Shown: positions 13,068 to 26,329 of the stretch, in pieces
How the letters are laid out: each line of letters starts with the position of its first letter
How positions within the stretch are numbered: the stretch's first letter is position 1
Source of the DNA: Isurus oxyrinchus
Lineage: Eukaryota
Assembly (NCBI GenBank): GCA_026770705.1
Contig: JANJGN010000026.1
Location: 31,062,001 to 31,126,000 of the forward strand
Reading direction: 5' to 3'
Length of the DNA: 64,000 bases
Translations under genes and position numbers: made by a program
Notes under the pieces: generated by a model
The model's input: the letters and a program-made list of their open reading frames with translations, nothing else
What the model was told of the DNA's origin: nothing
Database searches by the model: none

Positions 13068-16000
13068 GCATTATATTTACCTTGGCCCTGCATCAGTAAT
13101 CACCGCACTAGGCTCTGTCTCAGTTTACATTAATCTAGACCCTGTATCAGTAATCACTGTACGAGGCTCTGTCTCAGTTTACATTAATCTAGACCTTGTA
13201 TCAGTAATCACTGCCCTATGCCCTGCCTCTGTTTTTATCATCTAGGCAATGGACACTGTCTCAGTTTATATTGACCCTGATCCTGTATCATTAATCAATG
13301 CACTAGCCTCTGTCCTGCTTTATATTTACCTTGGCCCTGCATCAGTAATCACTGCACTAGGCTCTGTCTCATTTTATATTAATCTAGACTCTGTATCAGT
13401 AATCACTGCACTAGGCTCTGTTTCAATTTATGTTAATCTAGACCCCGTATCGGTAATCACTGCACTGGACACTGTCTCAGTTTATATTGATCCAGCCCCT
13501 GTATCAGAAATCACTGCACTAGGCTCTTTCTCAGTTTACATTAATCTAGACCCTGTATCAGTATTCACTGCAGTAGAAACGGTCTCAGTTGATATTGATC
13601 TAGACCCTGTCTCAGTTTATATTGATCCTGGTCCCACTTCTGTTATCTCTGCACTAAACTCTGTCTCATTTTACATTAGCCCAGTCCCTCTATCAGTAAT
13701 CACTGCACTAGATCCAGTCTCAGTTTATATTAATTTAGTCACTGCAACAGTAATCACTGCAAGAGCTCCTGTCCCAGTTATATTTATCTGGGCCCTGTAT
13801 CAGTGAACACTTCACCAGGCCCTGTCTCAGTTTATGTTGGTTCAGACCCTGTATCAGTAATTACTGCACAAGGGCCTGTCTCAGTTTATATTAATCAAGA
13901 TCCTGTTTCAGTAATCATTGCACTCGACCCTGTTCTAATAATAATAATTTGTACCCTGAACCTAAAAGCACTGCACTGGACTGTTTCTCAGTTTCAATTA
14001 ATCTGGACCCTGTACCTGTAATCACTGCACTGGACCCTGTCCCATTTTTCTGCACCCAATCCTGTAACACAAATCAGGGCACTCGGCCTTGTCTCAGTTT
14101 ATATCAATCTAGGCTCTGTATCAGTAATCACTGCACTAGACCCTACGTCATTTTATATCAATTTGGACTCTATATCAGCAATCACTGCACTTGAGCCTCT
14201 CTGAGTGTATATTAATCTCGGCCCGGTATCAGTAATCCCTGCACCATGCCTTGCCTCAGCATTTTTTAATGAATCTAGACCCTGTTTCAGTTATCACTGC
14301 ACTAGGCCCCATCTCGATATCTATATTAACCTGGACCCTGTATCAGTAATCACTGCCCGAGTCCCTGTGCCAGTTATATTTATCTAGGCCCTGTATCAAT
14401 GAACACTGCACCAGACCCTGTCTCAGTTTATGTTAGTTCAGACCAAGGATCAGTAATTACTGCACAAGAGCCCGTCTCAGTTTATATTAATCAAGACACT
14501 GTTTCAGTAATCACTGCACTCATCCCTGTTCTGGTTATTATAATCTGCACCCTGAATCTATAATCACTGCACTTGGCCCTCTCTCAGTTTCTATTAACCT
14601 AGACCCTGTATCAGTAATCACTGGACTAGACCCTGTCTCAGTTTATATTTATCTGGACCCAGTATCAGTAATCACTGACTATGGTCTGCCTCAGTTTATA
14701 ACAGCCTAGACCCTGTATCTGTAATCACTGCACTTCGCAGTGTCTCAGTTTTCACTAATCAAGACCGTGCATCAGCAATCACTGCAATGAACACTGTCTC
14801 CATATATATTGCTCTCGGCTCTGTATCACTGCAATATGCACTCCCTCAGTTTATATCAAATAGACCCTGTGTCAGTAATCACTGCACGAGACCCTGTCAC
14901 AGTTTATATTGACAAAGAGCCTGCATTTGTCATCACTGCACAATGCCCTGCCTCAGTTTATATCAATCAAGACCCTGTATCAGTAATCTCTGCACTAGGC
15001 CCTGTCTCCATTGATATTGATCTAGATCTTGTATCAGTAATCACTACAAAGGACACTGTCTCAGTTTATATTGATCATGATCCCGTATCATTAATCGCTG
15101 CACTAGCCCTTGTCCTGGCTTATATTTATCTAGGCCCTGTCTCAGTTTATATTAATCTGTACCTTGTATCAGCAATCACTGCACTATGCCCTGCCTCAGT
15201 TTTTTTAAAATCAGTCTAGACCCTGTATCAGTAATCACTGCACTAGGCCCTATCAAAGTTTATATTAATTTAGCCCCTGCAGCAGTAATCACTGCCCGAG
15301 CCCCTGTCCCAGTTATATTTATCTGGGTCCTGTGGCAGTGAACAGTGCACCAGGCCTTGTCTCAGGTGATGTTAGTTCAGACCGTGTATCAGTAATTACT
15401 GTACAAGAGCCTGGTTCAGTTTATATTAATCAAGGCCCTGTTTCAGTAATCATTGCTCTCGTCCCTGTTCTGGTTATAATAATCTGCCATGAATCTATAA
15501 TCATTGTACTTTGCCCTCTCTCAGTTTCTATTAACCTGAACCCTGCATCAGTAATCAATTCAATATGCCCTGTCTTAGTTTATATCAATCTAGACCCTAA
15601 ATCAGTAATTGCTGCACTAGGCTGTGCCTCAGTTCATATTAATCTAGACCATGTATCAGTAATCACTGCACTAGACACTATCTTAGTTTTATATTTATCA
15701 AGATATTGGATCAGTAATCACTGCACTAGACACTGCCTCACTTTATTTCAACCTAGACCATCTATCAGTAATCACTGCACTAGGCTCTGTCTCACTTTAT
15801 ATCAACCTAGACCTTCTATTAGTAATCACTGCACTAGGCCCTGTCTCAGTTTATATTGATCTAGACCCTGAATTAGTAATCACTGCACTATGGCCTGCCT
15901 CAGTTCATATTAATCTGTTCCTAAATCAGTAATCGTTGCACTAGGCCCTGCCTCAGTTCATATTAATTTAGGCCATGTACCAGTAATCACGGCAATGGGC

Positions 16001-16657
16001 ACTGCCTCAGTTTATACTGACCCTGATCCTGTATCATTAATCACTGCACTAGCCTCTGTCCTATTTTATATTCACCTCGGCCCTGTATCAGTAATCTCTG
16101 CACAATGCCCTGTCTCAGTTAACAGTAATCTAGACCCTGTATCAGTAATCTCTGCACTATGCCCTGCCTCAGTTTTTATCATCTGGACCCTGTATCAGTC
16201 ATCACTGCACTCAGCTCTGTCTCAGTTTATATTGATTCAGACACTGTATCAGTAATCATTGCACTAGCCACTGTCCTCATTTTTATTTATCTAGGCCCTG
16301 CATCAGTAATCACTGCACTATGCCCTGCCTCAGCTTATATCAATCCAGATCCTGTATAAGTTACCACTTCGCTTGATCCTGTCTCAGTTTATATTAGTCC
16401 ACAACCTGTATCAATAATGACAGAGCTAGAAAATGCCTCAGTTTATGAGTCCAGATCCTGTACCAGTAATCACTGCACTGGCCCAAATCCCAGTATATAT
16501 TTATATAGACCCTGGATCAGTAATCACTGCACTAGCGCCTGTCTCTGTTTATATTGATCTAGACCCTGTGTCAGTAATCACTGCACTAGACCCAGCATCA
16601 GTTTATATAAATCTAAACCCTCAAGCCAGACCCTGTATCAGTAAGCGCAGCACTATA

Positions 16658-17002
16658 ATAAAAGCAAAAAACTGTGGATGCTGGAAATCCAAAACAAAAA
16701 CAAAAATACCTGGAAAAACTCAGCAGAACAGGCAGCATCTGGGGAGAGGAGCACAGTTAACGTTTCAAGTCCGCATGACTCTTCAACAGAACTAAGGAAA
16801 AATAGAAAAGGGGTGAAATATGTCTTATTAGCTTATATCCCACCATTCCCCGCTCCCTTTAACCAGCTTATATTTCACCCCTTTCCTATTTTTCCTTAGT
16901 TCTGTTGAAGAGTCATGCAGACTTGAAATGTTAACTGTGTTCCTCTCCACAGATGCTGCCAGACTGCTGAGATTTTCCAGGTATTTTTGTTTGTGTTATC
17001 AT
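16658..17002. mobile_element. Palindromic Penelope-derived non-autonomous element with TSD
   Basis: Inverted arms ~16693-16821 and ~16870-16998; flanking direct repeat AGCACTATA (16649-16657 and 17003-17011); arms match the terminus of the Penelope-like element at 17686. Confidence 0.75.
16899..16945 (+). ncRNA. Minimal hammerhead-ribozyme-like motif with a variant core; mirror copy on - at ~16750-16792
   Basis: CTGTTGA-A-GAGTC-atgca-GACTT-GAAA-TGTTAAC has the CUGANGA / stem II / GAAA / palindrome layout of Penelope minimal hammerheads, but core A6 is U. Confidence 0.5.
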
Positions 17003-17685
17003 AGCACTATACTCCGTCTCAGTTTATATTAATCAAGACCCTGTTTCAGTAATCACTCTACTGGACACTGCCTCCTTTTATATTGATCTAGACCATGGAT
17101 CAGTAATCATAGCACTTGGTCCTGCCTCAGTTTATATTAGTCTAGATCCTTTATGAGTAATCATTGCACTAGCCCCTGCATCAGTTTATATCAACCTCGA
17201 CCCTGTATCGCTAATCACTCCACTGGACACTGCCTCAGTTTATATTGATCTACACCCTGTATCAGTAATCATTGCTCTAGTCCCTGTCCTAGTTTATTTT
17301 TATCTCAGCCCTCTATGAATAATCACTGCATTATGGCTTGCCTCAATGTATATCAGCCTAGACCCTGAATCAGTAATCACTGCATAGGGCATTGTCTGAA
17401 TTTATATTGATCAAGATCCTGTATCAATAAACACTGGACCAGACCCTGTCCCAGTTTATATTAATCTAAATCCTGTGTCTGTAATCAGTGCACTTGAGCA
17501 TATCTCAGTTCATGTTAATCTAGATCCTGTATCAGTTATCACTGCACGTGAGCCTGTCTCAGTTTACATTAATCTAGATACTGTATTTGTAAGCATTACA
17601 CTAGGCCCTGTCTCAGTTCATGATAATCTAGACCCTCCATTAGTAATCACTGCACTAGGCACTGTCTCAGTTTATATCAATCTGG

Positions 17686-18990
17686 ATAAAAGCAAAATAG
17701 TGCGGATGCTGGAAATCTGAAAGAATAGCATAAAATGCTGGGACATCACAGCAGGTCTGACAGCACCTGTGGTGAGAGAAGCAGAGCTAACTTTCTGAGA
17801 TCGTATGACCTTCCTCAGAGCTAAAGAGAAGTCAAAATGTGATGACATTTACTGCTTAAATGGGGTGGAGCAGGTCAGGCTGGATAGAAGACAAGCAATA
17901 GGTAGGAGTAAGGCGACACTGCCAACCATATCATAGGCAAACAGAAAAAGGGAGTGTTAATGGCAGTAGTAAGGCTAAAGTAGGTGCTAATAGAGTCATA
18001 ATGGTTAGAAAGCAGAATGTGTTAACAGCAGAGCCAGAATCAACACACTGTGAAAGAACAACTTGGGACAAGTAACTGATGGCCCTTTTGGGGGTGTGGT
18101 AGGGGTGATTAAGGAAAAATGGTATAAAAAGGAACGTAAAAGGGGATAAAAAAAGGATAAAACAATGAATAAATGAATAAAGCTGTATCATTCATAATTG
18201 GAAGATGAGTTTCTGTTCCTCCAGTTTGCGTTGGGCTTCACTGGGGCAATGCAGCAGGTCAAAGAGGGACATGTGGGTATCAGAGCAGGATGGCGTGTTG
18301 AAATTGCAAGCGACAGGAAGGTCTAGGTCATGCTTGTAGATAGACTGAAGGTGTTCCACAAAGCAGCCTGCCAGTCTGTGTTTGGTGGCCCCTATCTAGA
18401 GGAGACTGCATTGGGAGCATCGAATGCAGTCGACCAAATTGAAGGAGGTGCAATGAAGCAGTGCTTCACCTGAGTGTTTAGGCCCTTGGATGGTGAGGAT
18501 GGAGGAGGTAAAGGGGCAGGTGTTGCATCTTCTCTGATTGCTTGGGAAGGTGCCATGGGAAGGGATGAGGTGTTGCGGATGATGGAGGAGTGGACCAGGG
18601 TGTCTCAGAGGGAACAGTCCCTGTGGAATGCTGACAGGGGTGGGGGTGGAGTGGTGAGGGGAAGGTATGTTTGGTGGTGGTATCATGTTGGGGTTAGTGG
18701 AAAACGCGGAGGATGATCCTTTGAATGCTGGGGTGGTGGGATGAAATGTGAGTAAAAGGAGGACCTTATCATGATTCTGGGAGAGAGGGGAATGTGTGAA
18801 AGCAGAGATGCAGGAGATGGATCGGACACAGTTGATGGCCCTGTCAACCACAGTGGGTGGGAAACCTTGGTTAAGGAAGAAGGAAGGCATGTAAGAAGCA
18901 TCATTTTGGATAGTGGCATCATCGGAACAGATGTGAAGGAGGTGAACAAATTAAGAGAATGGAATGGCGTTTTTCCAGCATTTTCTGTTT
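17686..18990 (-). mobile_element. Penelope-like element fragment (GIY-YIG endonuclease region)
   Basis: ORF 18396..18890(-) ends RRCNTCPF..FNLVDCIRCSQCSLL followed by *IGAT, a decayed NLVYCIRC..YIGET motif; terminal repeat at 17686-17830 and short inverted terminal piece at ~18970; TTTATATCAA duplicated at the flanks. Confidence 0.8.
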
Positions 18991-19661
18991 TTATATCAAC
19001 CTAGACCCTGTATTAGTAATTACTGCACATAACACTTCCGCCGTTGGCATTAACCCCGGCCCTGTATAAGTAATTACTACACTAGACCCTGTCTCAGTTT
19101 ATATCAATCTAAGCCCTGTATCAGTAATCACTGCACTAAGCCCTGTCTCAGCCTATAATAATCCAGGCCCTGTATCAGGAATCACTACACTAGACCCTGC
19201 CTCAGCTTATGTCAATTGAGGCCCTGTTTTAATAATTCCTATACATCCCCTGTTCAATTTATTTTACGTCCTCATTTGTAACGGTAAACGCTAGATTACA
19301 CTTTGCTTAGGTTATTGTTGTACAGGTGAACATCACTGTTAATAGTACAATGGGCCTTATCTTGTTTATTATTGCAGCCGTCCATATCTCTACTTGTGTT
19401 GCAATTGGTCCTTTCCCAGTTATCACTGCACCTGACGCTGCTGCTGTTTATATCATGCATATCATGCGCCAGTTATTACTACATTAGGCCGTGCTTCTGT
19501 GCACACTCCAATTAACCCTTATCCAGTTCGCACTGTAGTACAACCATGTTTTAATTTATATTTCACTGCAAATTGTGTTTTGTTGTTTTACACTGAACCA
19601 TGCTTCAGTTATCACTGCACTTGACCTGCTGAACTTGTCTCACTGATGACTGTACTGGACC

Positions 19662-20320
19662 ATATGAACACACGAGCATATGAACAAGGAGCATGAGTAG
19701 GCCATTCAGCCCCTTGAGCTTGCTCCACCATTTAATAATATCATGGCTGATCTGATAGTAACATGAAATCTGCATCCTGTCGACCCCCGATAACTTATCA
19801 CCCCCTTGCTTAGCAAGAATCTATCCACCTCTGCCTCAAGGCTCTGCTTCCACTGCCTTTTTAGGGAGCGAGTCCCAAAGACTCATGACCCTGAGAGTGA
19901 AAATATTCGCCTCATCTCTGTTTTACATGGCCGACACCTTATTTTTAAACAGTGACCCCTAGTTCCAGATTCTCCCATAAGAGGAAACACCCTCTCCACA
20001 TCCACCCTGTCAAGACCCCTCAGGATCTTATATATTTCAGTCAAGTCACCTCTTACTCTTCTAAACTCCAGAAGATATAAGCCTAGTCTCTCCAACCATT
20101 CCTCAGTCGGCAACCCACCCATTCCAAGTGTTAATCTAATTAACCTTCTCTGAACCTCTTGCAACACATTTACATCCTTCCTTAAATAAGGTGACCAATA
20201 CAGTGCACAGTACATGAAACATGATCTCACTGGTGCCCGGTATAACTGAAGCATAACTTCCATATGTTTGTATTCAATTCCCCTCGCAATAACTTATAAC
20301 ATTCTATTAGTTTTCCCAAT
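19662..20320 (-). mobile_element. CR1 LINE 3' fragment
   Basis: ORF 19883..20263(-): LYRAPVRS..WSPYLRKDV..LEFRRVRGDL..TRGHCLK. Confidence 0.88.
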
Positions 20321-20597
20321 TACTTACCATTTCTCATTTTATCTTTCTTTCAGCATTGTATCTGTGTATATAATGCTATCTGCAGTTTAACTTATTAATG
20401 CACTGGACCATGCCTCGATATACACTACAATTGACTTTTCTCAGTTATTACTGCACTAGACTATGTCTCTATCTCTATTACATTATATGATGCTTCGTTT
20501 ATTAATGCACATAACTGTGCCTCTATATATACTGCAAGTGACAATTCCTGAGCTGTTGTTGCATTGCACAAAGTCTCAGTTTGTATTTTATTAGGAT

Positions 20598-21765
20598 TTA
20601 TCTGACAACCAAATTGTGGGAAAAGTTATAGCTCATGGAATAAAAGGGACAGAAGAAATGTGGATACAAAATAAGCTGAAAAAAAGGAGGCAGGGAGTAA
20701 TGGTCAATGAATGTTTTTCGGGCTGGAGGAATGTTTGTAGTGCAGTTCCCCAGGGGTCGGTATTGGGACCCTTGTTTTTCCTGATATATATTAACCATCT
20801 AGGCCTTGGTATTCAGGGGACAATTTGAAAGTTTGCGGATGATACGAAGCTTGTGAGTGTTGCAAACTGCCAGGGGAATGGTGTGGAACTTCAAGAGGAC
20901 ACAGATAAGTTGGTGGTGTGGGCAGATAGATGGCAGATGAAATTCAATGTGGAGAAGTGTGAGGTGATGCATTTTGGTAAGAGGAACATGGACAGGCAAA
21001 ATAAATAAGGGGTGGAGTTTTGAAAGGAGTGCAGGAGTAGAAAGACTTGCGTGTAGATATGCATAGATCATTGAAAGTGGCAGGATAGGTGGAGAGAGCA
21101 GTTAATAATGCATATAGTATCCTGCGCTCTATTAATAGGGGCATAGAGTACACAAGCAGGGAGGTTATGCTCAATTTATATAAGGCCCTCGTTAGACCTC
21201 AGCTGGAATATTGTGTACTGCCCTTTGTACCATATTATAGGAAGGATGGAAATATATTGGAGAGAGTGCTGAAGAGGTTTAGAAGAATGTTCCCAGGGAT
21301 GAGAAACTTCAGTTATGAGGGGAGACTGGAGAAGTTGGGATTGTGTTCCTTGGAGAGGAGAAGGCTGAGAGGAGATTTGATTGAAGTTTTCAAAATCATG
21401 AGTGGGCTGGATAGAGTAGAGTGGAAGAACCTGTTCCCATTCATAGAAGGATAAAGAACGAGAGGGCACAGGTTTAAAGTGATTTGCAAAAGAAACAAAT
21501 GTGACGTGAGAAATTACTTTTTCACACAACGAGTGGTTCGGCCTGGAATACACTGCCTGGAAGTGTGAGGAAGGCAGGCTCAACTGAGTCATTCAAGAGG
21601 CAATTAAATGATTATTTGAATAGAAACAAAATGCAAGGGTGGGGGGAAAAGCCAGGGCAATTGCACTAGGTCAGAATGCCCATTTGGAGAGCCGATGCAG
21701 ACAAGTTGGGCCGAATAGCCTCCTTCTGTACCATTAAAGTTCTGTGATTCTATGATTCTGTGATT
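20598..21765 (+). mobile_element. CR1 LINE, 5'-truncated
   Basis: ORF 20616 has the RT motif VPQGSVLGPLFF, followed by FADD (TTTGCGGATGAT) and ORF 21089; tail TTCTGTGATTCTATGATTCTGTGA at ~21740. Confidence 0.92.
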
Positions 21766-22371
21766 TTACTGTTTTAGGCTGCTTCATTCATCACTATACT
21801 CTTCTAAGTCTCACCTTATATTATAAAGCTCCAATCCCATTTATTAATACACGAGACCAAGTCTCAGTTATTATTGCACGATAAAAGGTCTCTACTAACT
21901 GGATAGAGCTGGAGAGAGAGCCAGGTGGACAGGTGGGTATTAATTTTTAAAATGTTATAATATCCTGTAGGTAATAATGTGTTGGAAGAATACATTTAGT
22001 CTTGTTAATAACTATTAGGCGTTGTGTGCAATTTCTAGTTGCTCTAGTGTGATGTGTGTAATGTTTGTGTTGAAACTTTGGGGTGAATCTTGTAACATTC
22101 CCTTCATCAATGAGATTGAGGAATAGAAATAAAGATGAACCACATTGCACTGCACATTGCACAACTTAGTCACAAACTGCATTGTGTTGGAGATGACTGA
22201 TTCATACTTGACTTTATCTATGACAATTGCTCACAGGTTTCTTTAATTTCCAGATATATTTCCCTCTTTCAACCGAAATTTCTGTTCGCTTTTGGCGTGG
22301 TCACTGATTGTGACAGACAGGGTCTGAAGCCGCATCCTCAGGCGAATGGGCGGCCGCAGGCTCCTAATAAC

Positions 22372-22499
22372 NNNNNNNNNNNNNNNNNNNNNNNNNNNNN
22401 NNNNNNNNNNNNNNNNNNNNNNNNNNNNNNNNNNNNNNNNNNNNNNNNNNNNNNNNNNNNNNNNNNNNNNNNNNNNNNNNNNNNNNNNNNNNNNNNNNN
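22372..22499. other. Assembly gap (N run)
   Basis: Run of N next to a (TG)n-rich tract. Confidence 1.
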
Positions 22500-23284
22500 T
22501 GTGTTTGTGTGCTACTGTTTGTGTGTCTGCGTGGCTGAGTGTGTGCTTGTGCCTGTGCGCGTGTGTGGCTGTTTGGCTGTGTGTATGAATGTGTGCAGCT
22601 ATATGTGTGGTGCGGGTACGTCTAGAACATATCATGCTTCATTGCTTTCAAAAGACATTATAATTATTTTTCAACACGTTACGATAGTTTATTGAGAATA
22701 TATCTATAGGCTGCCTATGCTGCTGTTAATATTTATCGGTAATGCATTGTCTTGAGTGCTCCGGAAAGTAATGTCAAGCTGGCTATTCCGTTGTCAAGGA
22801 AAATACATCTTTAAAATGACTCACTGAACTTTTTCCCTCTCTTCCTCTCTCTCAGACGAGACCTAAATCAATTAACCTCTCTTCTCTCTCTCAGACTTCA
22901 CTTCACTCACTTACACAGACTCACAAGGGCTGGATCTGGCAGCTTCGAGGCACCAATGTTTAAATCTTTTGCTTAAGGCACATTATCATTGAAAAAATTA
23001 AGCGCCAAAATCTCATCAGTGGAAAATTCAGTGCCATAAAGACACCAGCTCATTCACTTAACTTCTCTCCTCTCTTTCTCTTTCACCAAGCCCTCTTAAA
23101 ATTTTCCATTTTAGAATAACCCCCTGTGAGCGGTTTTATAGTTTTAATTTCCCCTCTTTTCTCCCAGTGATAACATTCAGTCAATCTCGCCTTCAGTTAA
23201 TATGTTATAACCAAAATAACTTCGTTTATTTAATCATTTAAATCTGGAATGGAGTTGAATGTTATGCTGAGATCGGCAGCAATC

Positions 23285-23636
23285 TGTGTGGTTGTTCTTG
23301 ATGCTGTCAGAGTGAGTTTAACCTCACAGGCAAGAAGACTGTCCATGGTGATAACATGAAACTGACGCCTGCTGTTTCATTCTCAGGTAACACAACTTCC
23401 TGTTTCTCTGCTGCCGGTTCCAAACCGCACATCTCACTTCTGAGCAGAAAATAAATCCAGGGGCCACAATCTGGTGAGAACATCTGTCAAGGTGGCCTAT
23501 TTCTGGCCACAGAGTCAGGGCAGAGTCACACAGATCACATTGCGGTGACATTTACAAATGAGACCGTGTGATCCGTTTCGAGCTTCCATTTCCAGGACAT
23601 CGCTGGATGGTCAGTCACTGAGCTTCCTCGAGTCCC
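23285..23636 (-). pseudogene. Heavily decayed TCR-like V exon
   Basis: Acceptor CCCCGCTTCAG then G-T-R-G-S-S-V-T-D-H-P, resembling a GTRGDSVTQ.P V-exon start; the remainder is frameshifted and the RSS is not clearly recognisable. Confidence 0.35.
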
Positions 23637-24466
23637 TGAAGCGGGGAAATGAGATCTTGATACCTTTGATTTGTCGTTGTTATGCTCCACCACCCACCCC
23701 CACTCTAACTCCCCCATCCACACCCCACCAACCCCCCCTCTCCCCCACCCGCCACACACACACACTCCCTACACATACACTTTCCCTCGAAACTTGTTTC
23801 CTCTGTTTCTCTGCAACATTCCGTCTCCCTTTTTCATTTTAAGTTTCCTTCCCTTAGTTTTATTTCTATCTCTTTCTCTGTGTATCTCTCGCCACCTCCC
23901 TGTGTGTCGATTAATTAGAAGCGTTCAAAATCATGAAAGGTTTGTTAGTGTGAATGAAGTTCAGTTGGCAGGAGGGTTGATGACCAGGGGACGCAAATTT
24001 ACTTTGTTGAACAGGAAGACAGGAGGATAATTGTTTATTTTTTTAACACGGCGAGTTGTTCTGAACTGGAATGCACAGCTTGGAAGGTTGATGGCACCAG
24101 ACTAATAATAACTTTGTAAAATGAATTCTATAAATAATTAAAAGCGTTAACAATTGAAGGATTACAGGGAATGGGGCCAATTGAAATGCTCATCTATATC
24201 ACTGTCCCAGCACCTTTCCTGTATCTACCTCGGTCCCTCATTGAGCCCAAATAAAATGCAGTAATTTTACAGCTTTCGTCTTCTGCTTACCCAGTCTTTT
24301 GACAGCGCTTGAGTACGTGCGTGTCGATAATTGCCAAGAATCATTCAGAAGTTCACTACTATTTACAAACCACTACTTTGAACAAAATAATAACACTGAG
24401 TAGTGCTTGTTTAGTAGAAAGCACGATTATCTTTAACATTTTAGGCTCTGATTCTTCCTCTGGTGA

Positions 24467-24790
24467 GGTTTTGGTGTTTAATCCTTTCAGTCATCATGTG
24501 CCTCACGCTGAAAATTTAAACATTGGCGTGTTTGGCCCTTGCGTGTCTGTTTAAATGGAGAACTGTTGGTAAGAATGAGAGGGAACAGATTATTTTCTGT
24601 TCCTCTGACAGATGCAGCATTGATACTTCAGATATCAGAAATCTCTGGAGTCCGCCATGACTGTCCTCCCCTTGGGTAGAACATCTTTTCGTCAGGTGGA
24701 GTCAGTCTCCCGGGCCTCTGTCATGATGTTTCCGCTCCGTTTTTACCACACAAATCCCTGGGTCACTCCCCATAACACAGAAGCCTGCGC
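24467..24790 (-). pseudogene. Heavily decayed V-like segment
   Basis: On - the 3' end reads ..AACAGTTCT..ACACGCCAATG..GCGTGAGG-CACATG with nonamer-like ACCAAAACC (24467-24475), but the spacer is too short. Confidence 0.3.
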
Positions 24791-25309
24791 TAAGGCCCTA
24801 AACATCATTGCTTCCTCACACTTTCACACCCTATTACAGTCAGATGTTTATGAGATCCCCTGCCTCTCTTTATGTTAGATTACCATCAGATTTTGTTACT
24901 GACACACTGGAGCCGGCCTCTGTGATTATTATTGGACCAGGCCCCAGTTTGGCCCAGGTTCAGCAGTCAGAATTCCCTTTGCAAATGCAAGGAGTCAGAG
25001 GTTCTTTGTTTTTTTTGGAGAGGGCGGGAAGGTCAAAGCAGCAACAATGTCCCCAGGAACCCATCCTTTGCTGGATAGAGGAACTGTCCAGAGTTTCTCT
25101 GTCTTTTATTCCTCCTCCTGAGTGTAAGGAAATAATGGATAAAAGATCAGAAAGGCTGACATATAAACTATCACTGTGAGCATTCGCCGTTATTAAGTGG
25201 TCAACTCTCTAGATTGAGGCTTCAACCCACAACCGTTTGACCCAGGGGTAAAAGTGATGCTAATTCGTCAATTCTGACATAATGTCAGTTCCCAATGCAT
25301 TAGTACAAC

Positions 25310-25740
25310 GGCAACACATGACAGATGCTAGAAATCTAAAATAAACACCGAAAGTGCTGGAAATCCTCAACAGGTCAGACAGTAAGTGTCGAGCCTGTTT
25401 GTTTTCCGGTTCGTCATATACTTTGCAGTCTTGGGGAACGGGTGGAGAGGCGGGAGGATTTTGGAGGCTGATTAAAAACCGGCGTCTGTCACACGAACAC
25501 TCTTCCCGTGGTCAACGGAGCTGGGCGTGGAATCTGAACATAGATCTGACAGCTCAAAAGCAGGAGGACCGCCAACTGTACCATTCGGGAGTGCAGTGGT
25601 TGTGGAGAGAAGTGGAGTTAAAGTTTCCAATCGATGACTCCGGTTCTGCTGAAGAGTCATCGCCATGAAACGTTCACTCTGTTTATCGCCACAGATTCTG
25701 CCTGACCTGCAGGATAATTCCAGAATGTTATGTTGTATTT
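25310..25740. mobile_element. Penelope-derived palindromic element interrupted by ~210 bp of unrelated sequence
   Basis: GATGCTAGAAATCT..GCTGGAAATCCTCAACAGGTC arm at ~25325-25382; continuation and inverted arm at ~25596-25740 with a decayed CTGCTGA..GAAACG motif. Confidence 0.55.
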
Positions 25741-26329
25741 GCTATTACACTAGACTTTGTCACTGTTATTGCACCAACTCCATCCCATTCATATTTCAGT
25801 CGTGCTTGACTCTGTTATTAGGCGTTAGGCAAAAGATTTGCTATTGTATCAATTGGCGCTGTCTCACACAAACTATTATATCAGACCCAACTTCGATTTG
25901 GGTGGATCGGGTGCTGACTGTGTCATTAACACACTGGATCCAGTGATGTATTCAGTGATTCACTGCTATCCTCTGTTATCATCAAACATTGCACCAATTA
26001 CACAGAGCTTTACCGCTTTTAATCTGTTCTCTATATCCAATCTCATTGTATAGAACGCTGTGTCTGTAATGGTTGCCCGAAAAGCCTACATGTCATTCAA
26101 TTCTAATGCAAACCTCTCTCATTATTTCTGAAAATCTTGTGCCAATCAGTTTTCAATAGTAACCTGATTCTGATATTGTTAATGTTGACCCTGTTTCTGC
26201 TAGTGTTTCGCCATGACCTCTTTCAGTTGTTATTTTCTACAAAGTGTTTTTGTTATTATGATCACACAAATATCGGTTCATTCGGTGTTATACCAAGTCC
26301 TCCCTCTCTCTTATTCCTGAACTAGCTAA

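Larger units (their letters stand above)
6180..19250 (+). repeat. Large 27-bp/54-bp minisatellite array interrupted by TE insertions
   Basis: Alternating 27-mers CTAGACCCTGTATCAGTAATCACTGCA and CTAGGCCCTGTCTCAGTTTATATTAAT; these generate the LDPVSVITA/LGPVSVYIN pseudo-ORFs in the ORF track. Confidence 0.95.

Noticed and set aside
6505-17720. Many ORFs with LDPVSVITA/LGPVSVYIN repeats suggesting a repeat protein
   Set aside because: A 27-bp unit keeps frame automatically; frequent stops and frameshifts, TE insertions and copies in both orientations indicate non-coding satellite.
6180-19250. CRISPR-like or RSS-like array
   Set aside because: There are no unique spacers, the context is eukaryotic, and the units lack a CACAGTG plus nonamer arrangement.
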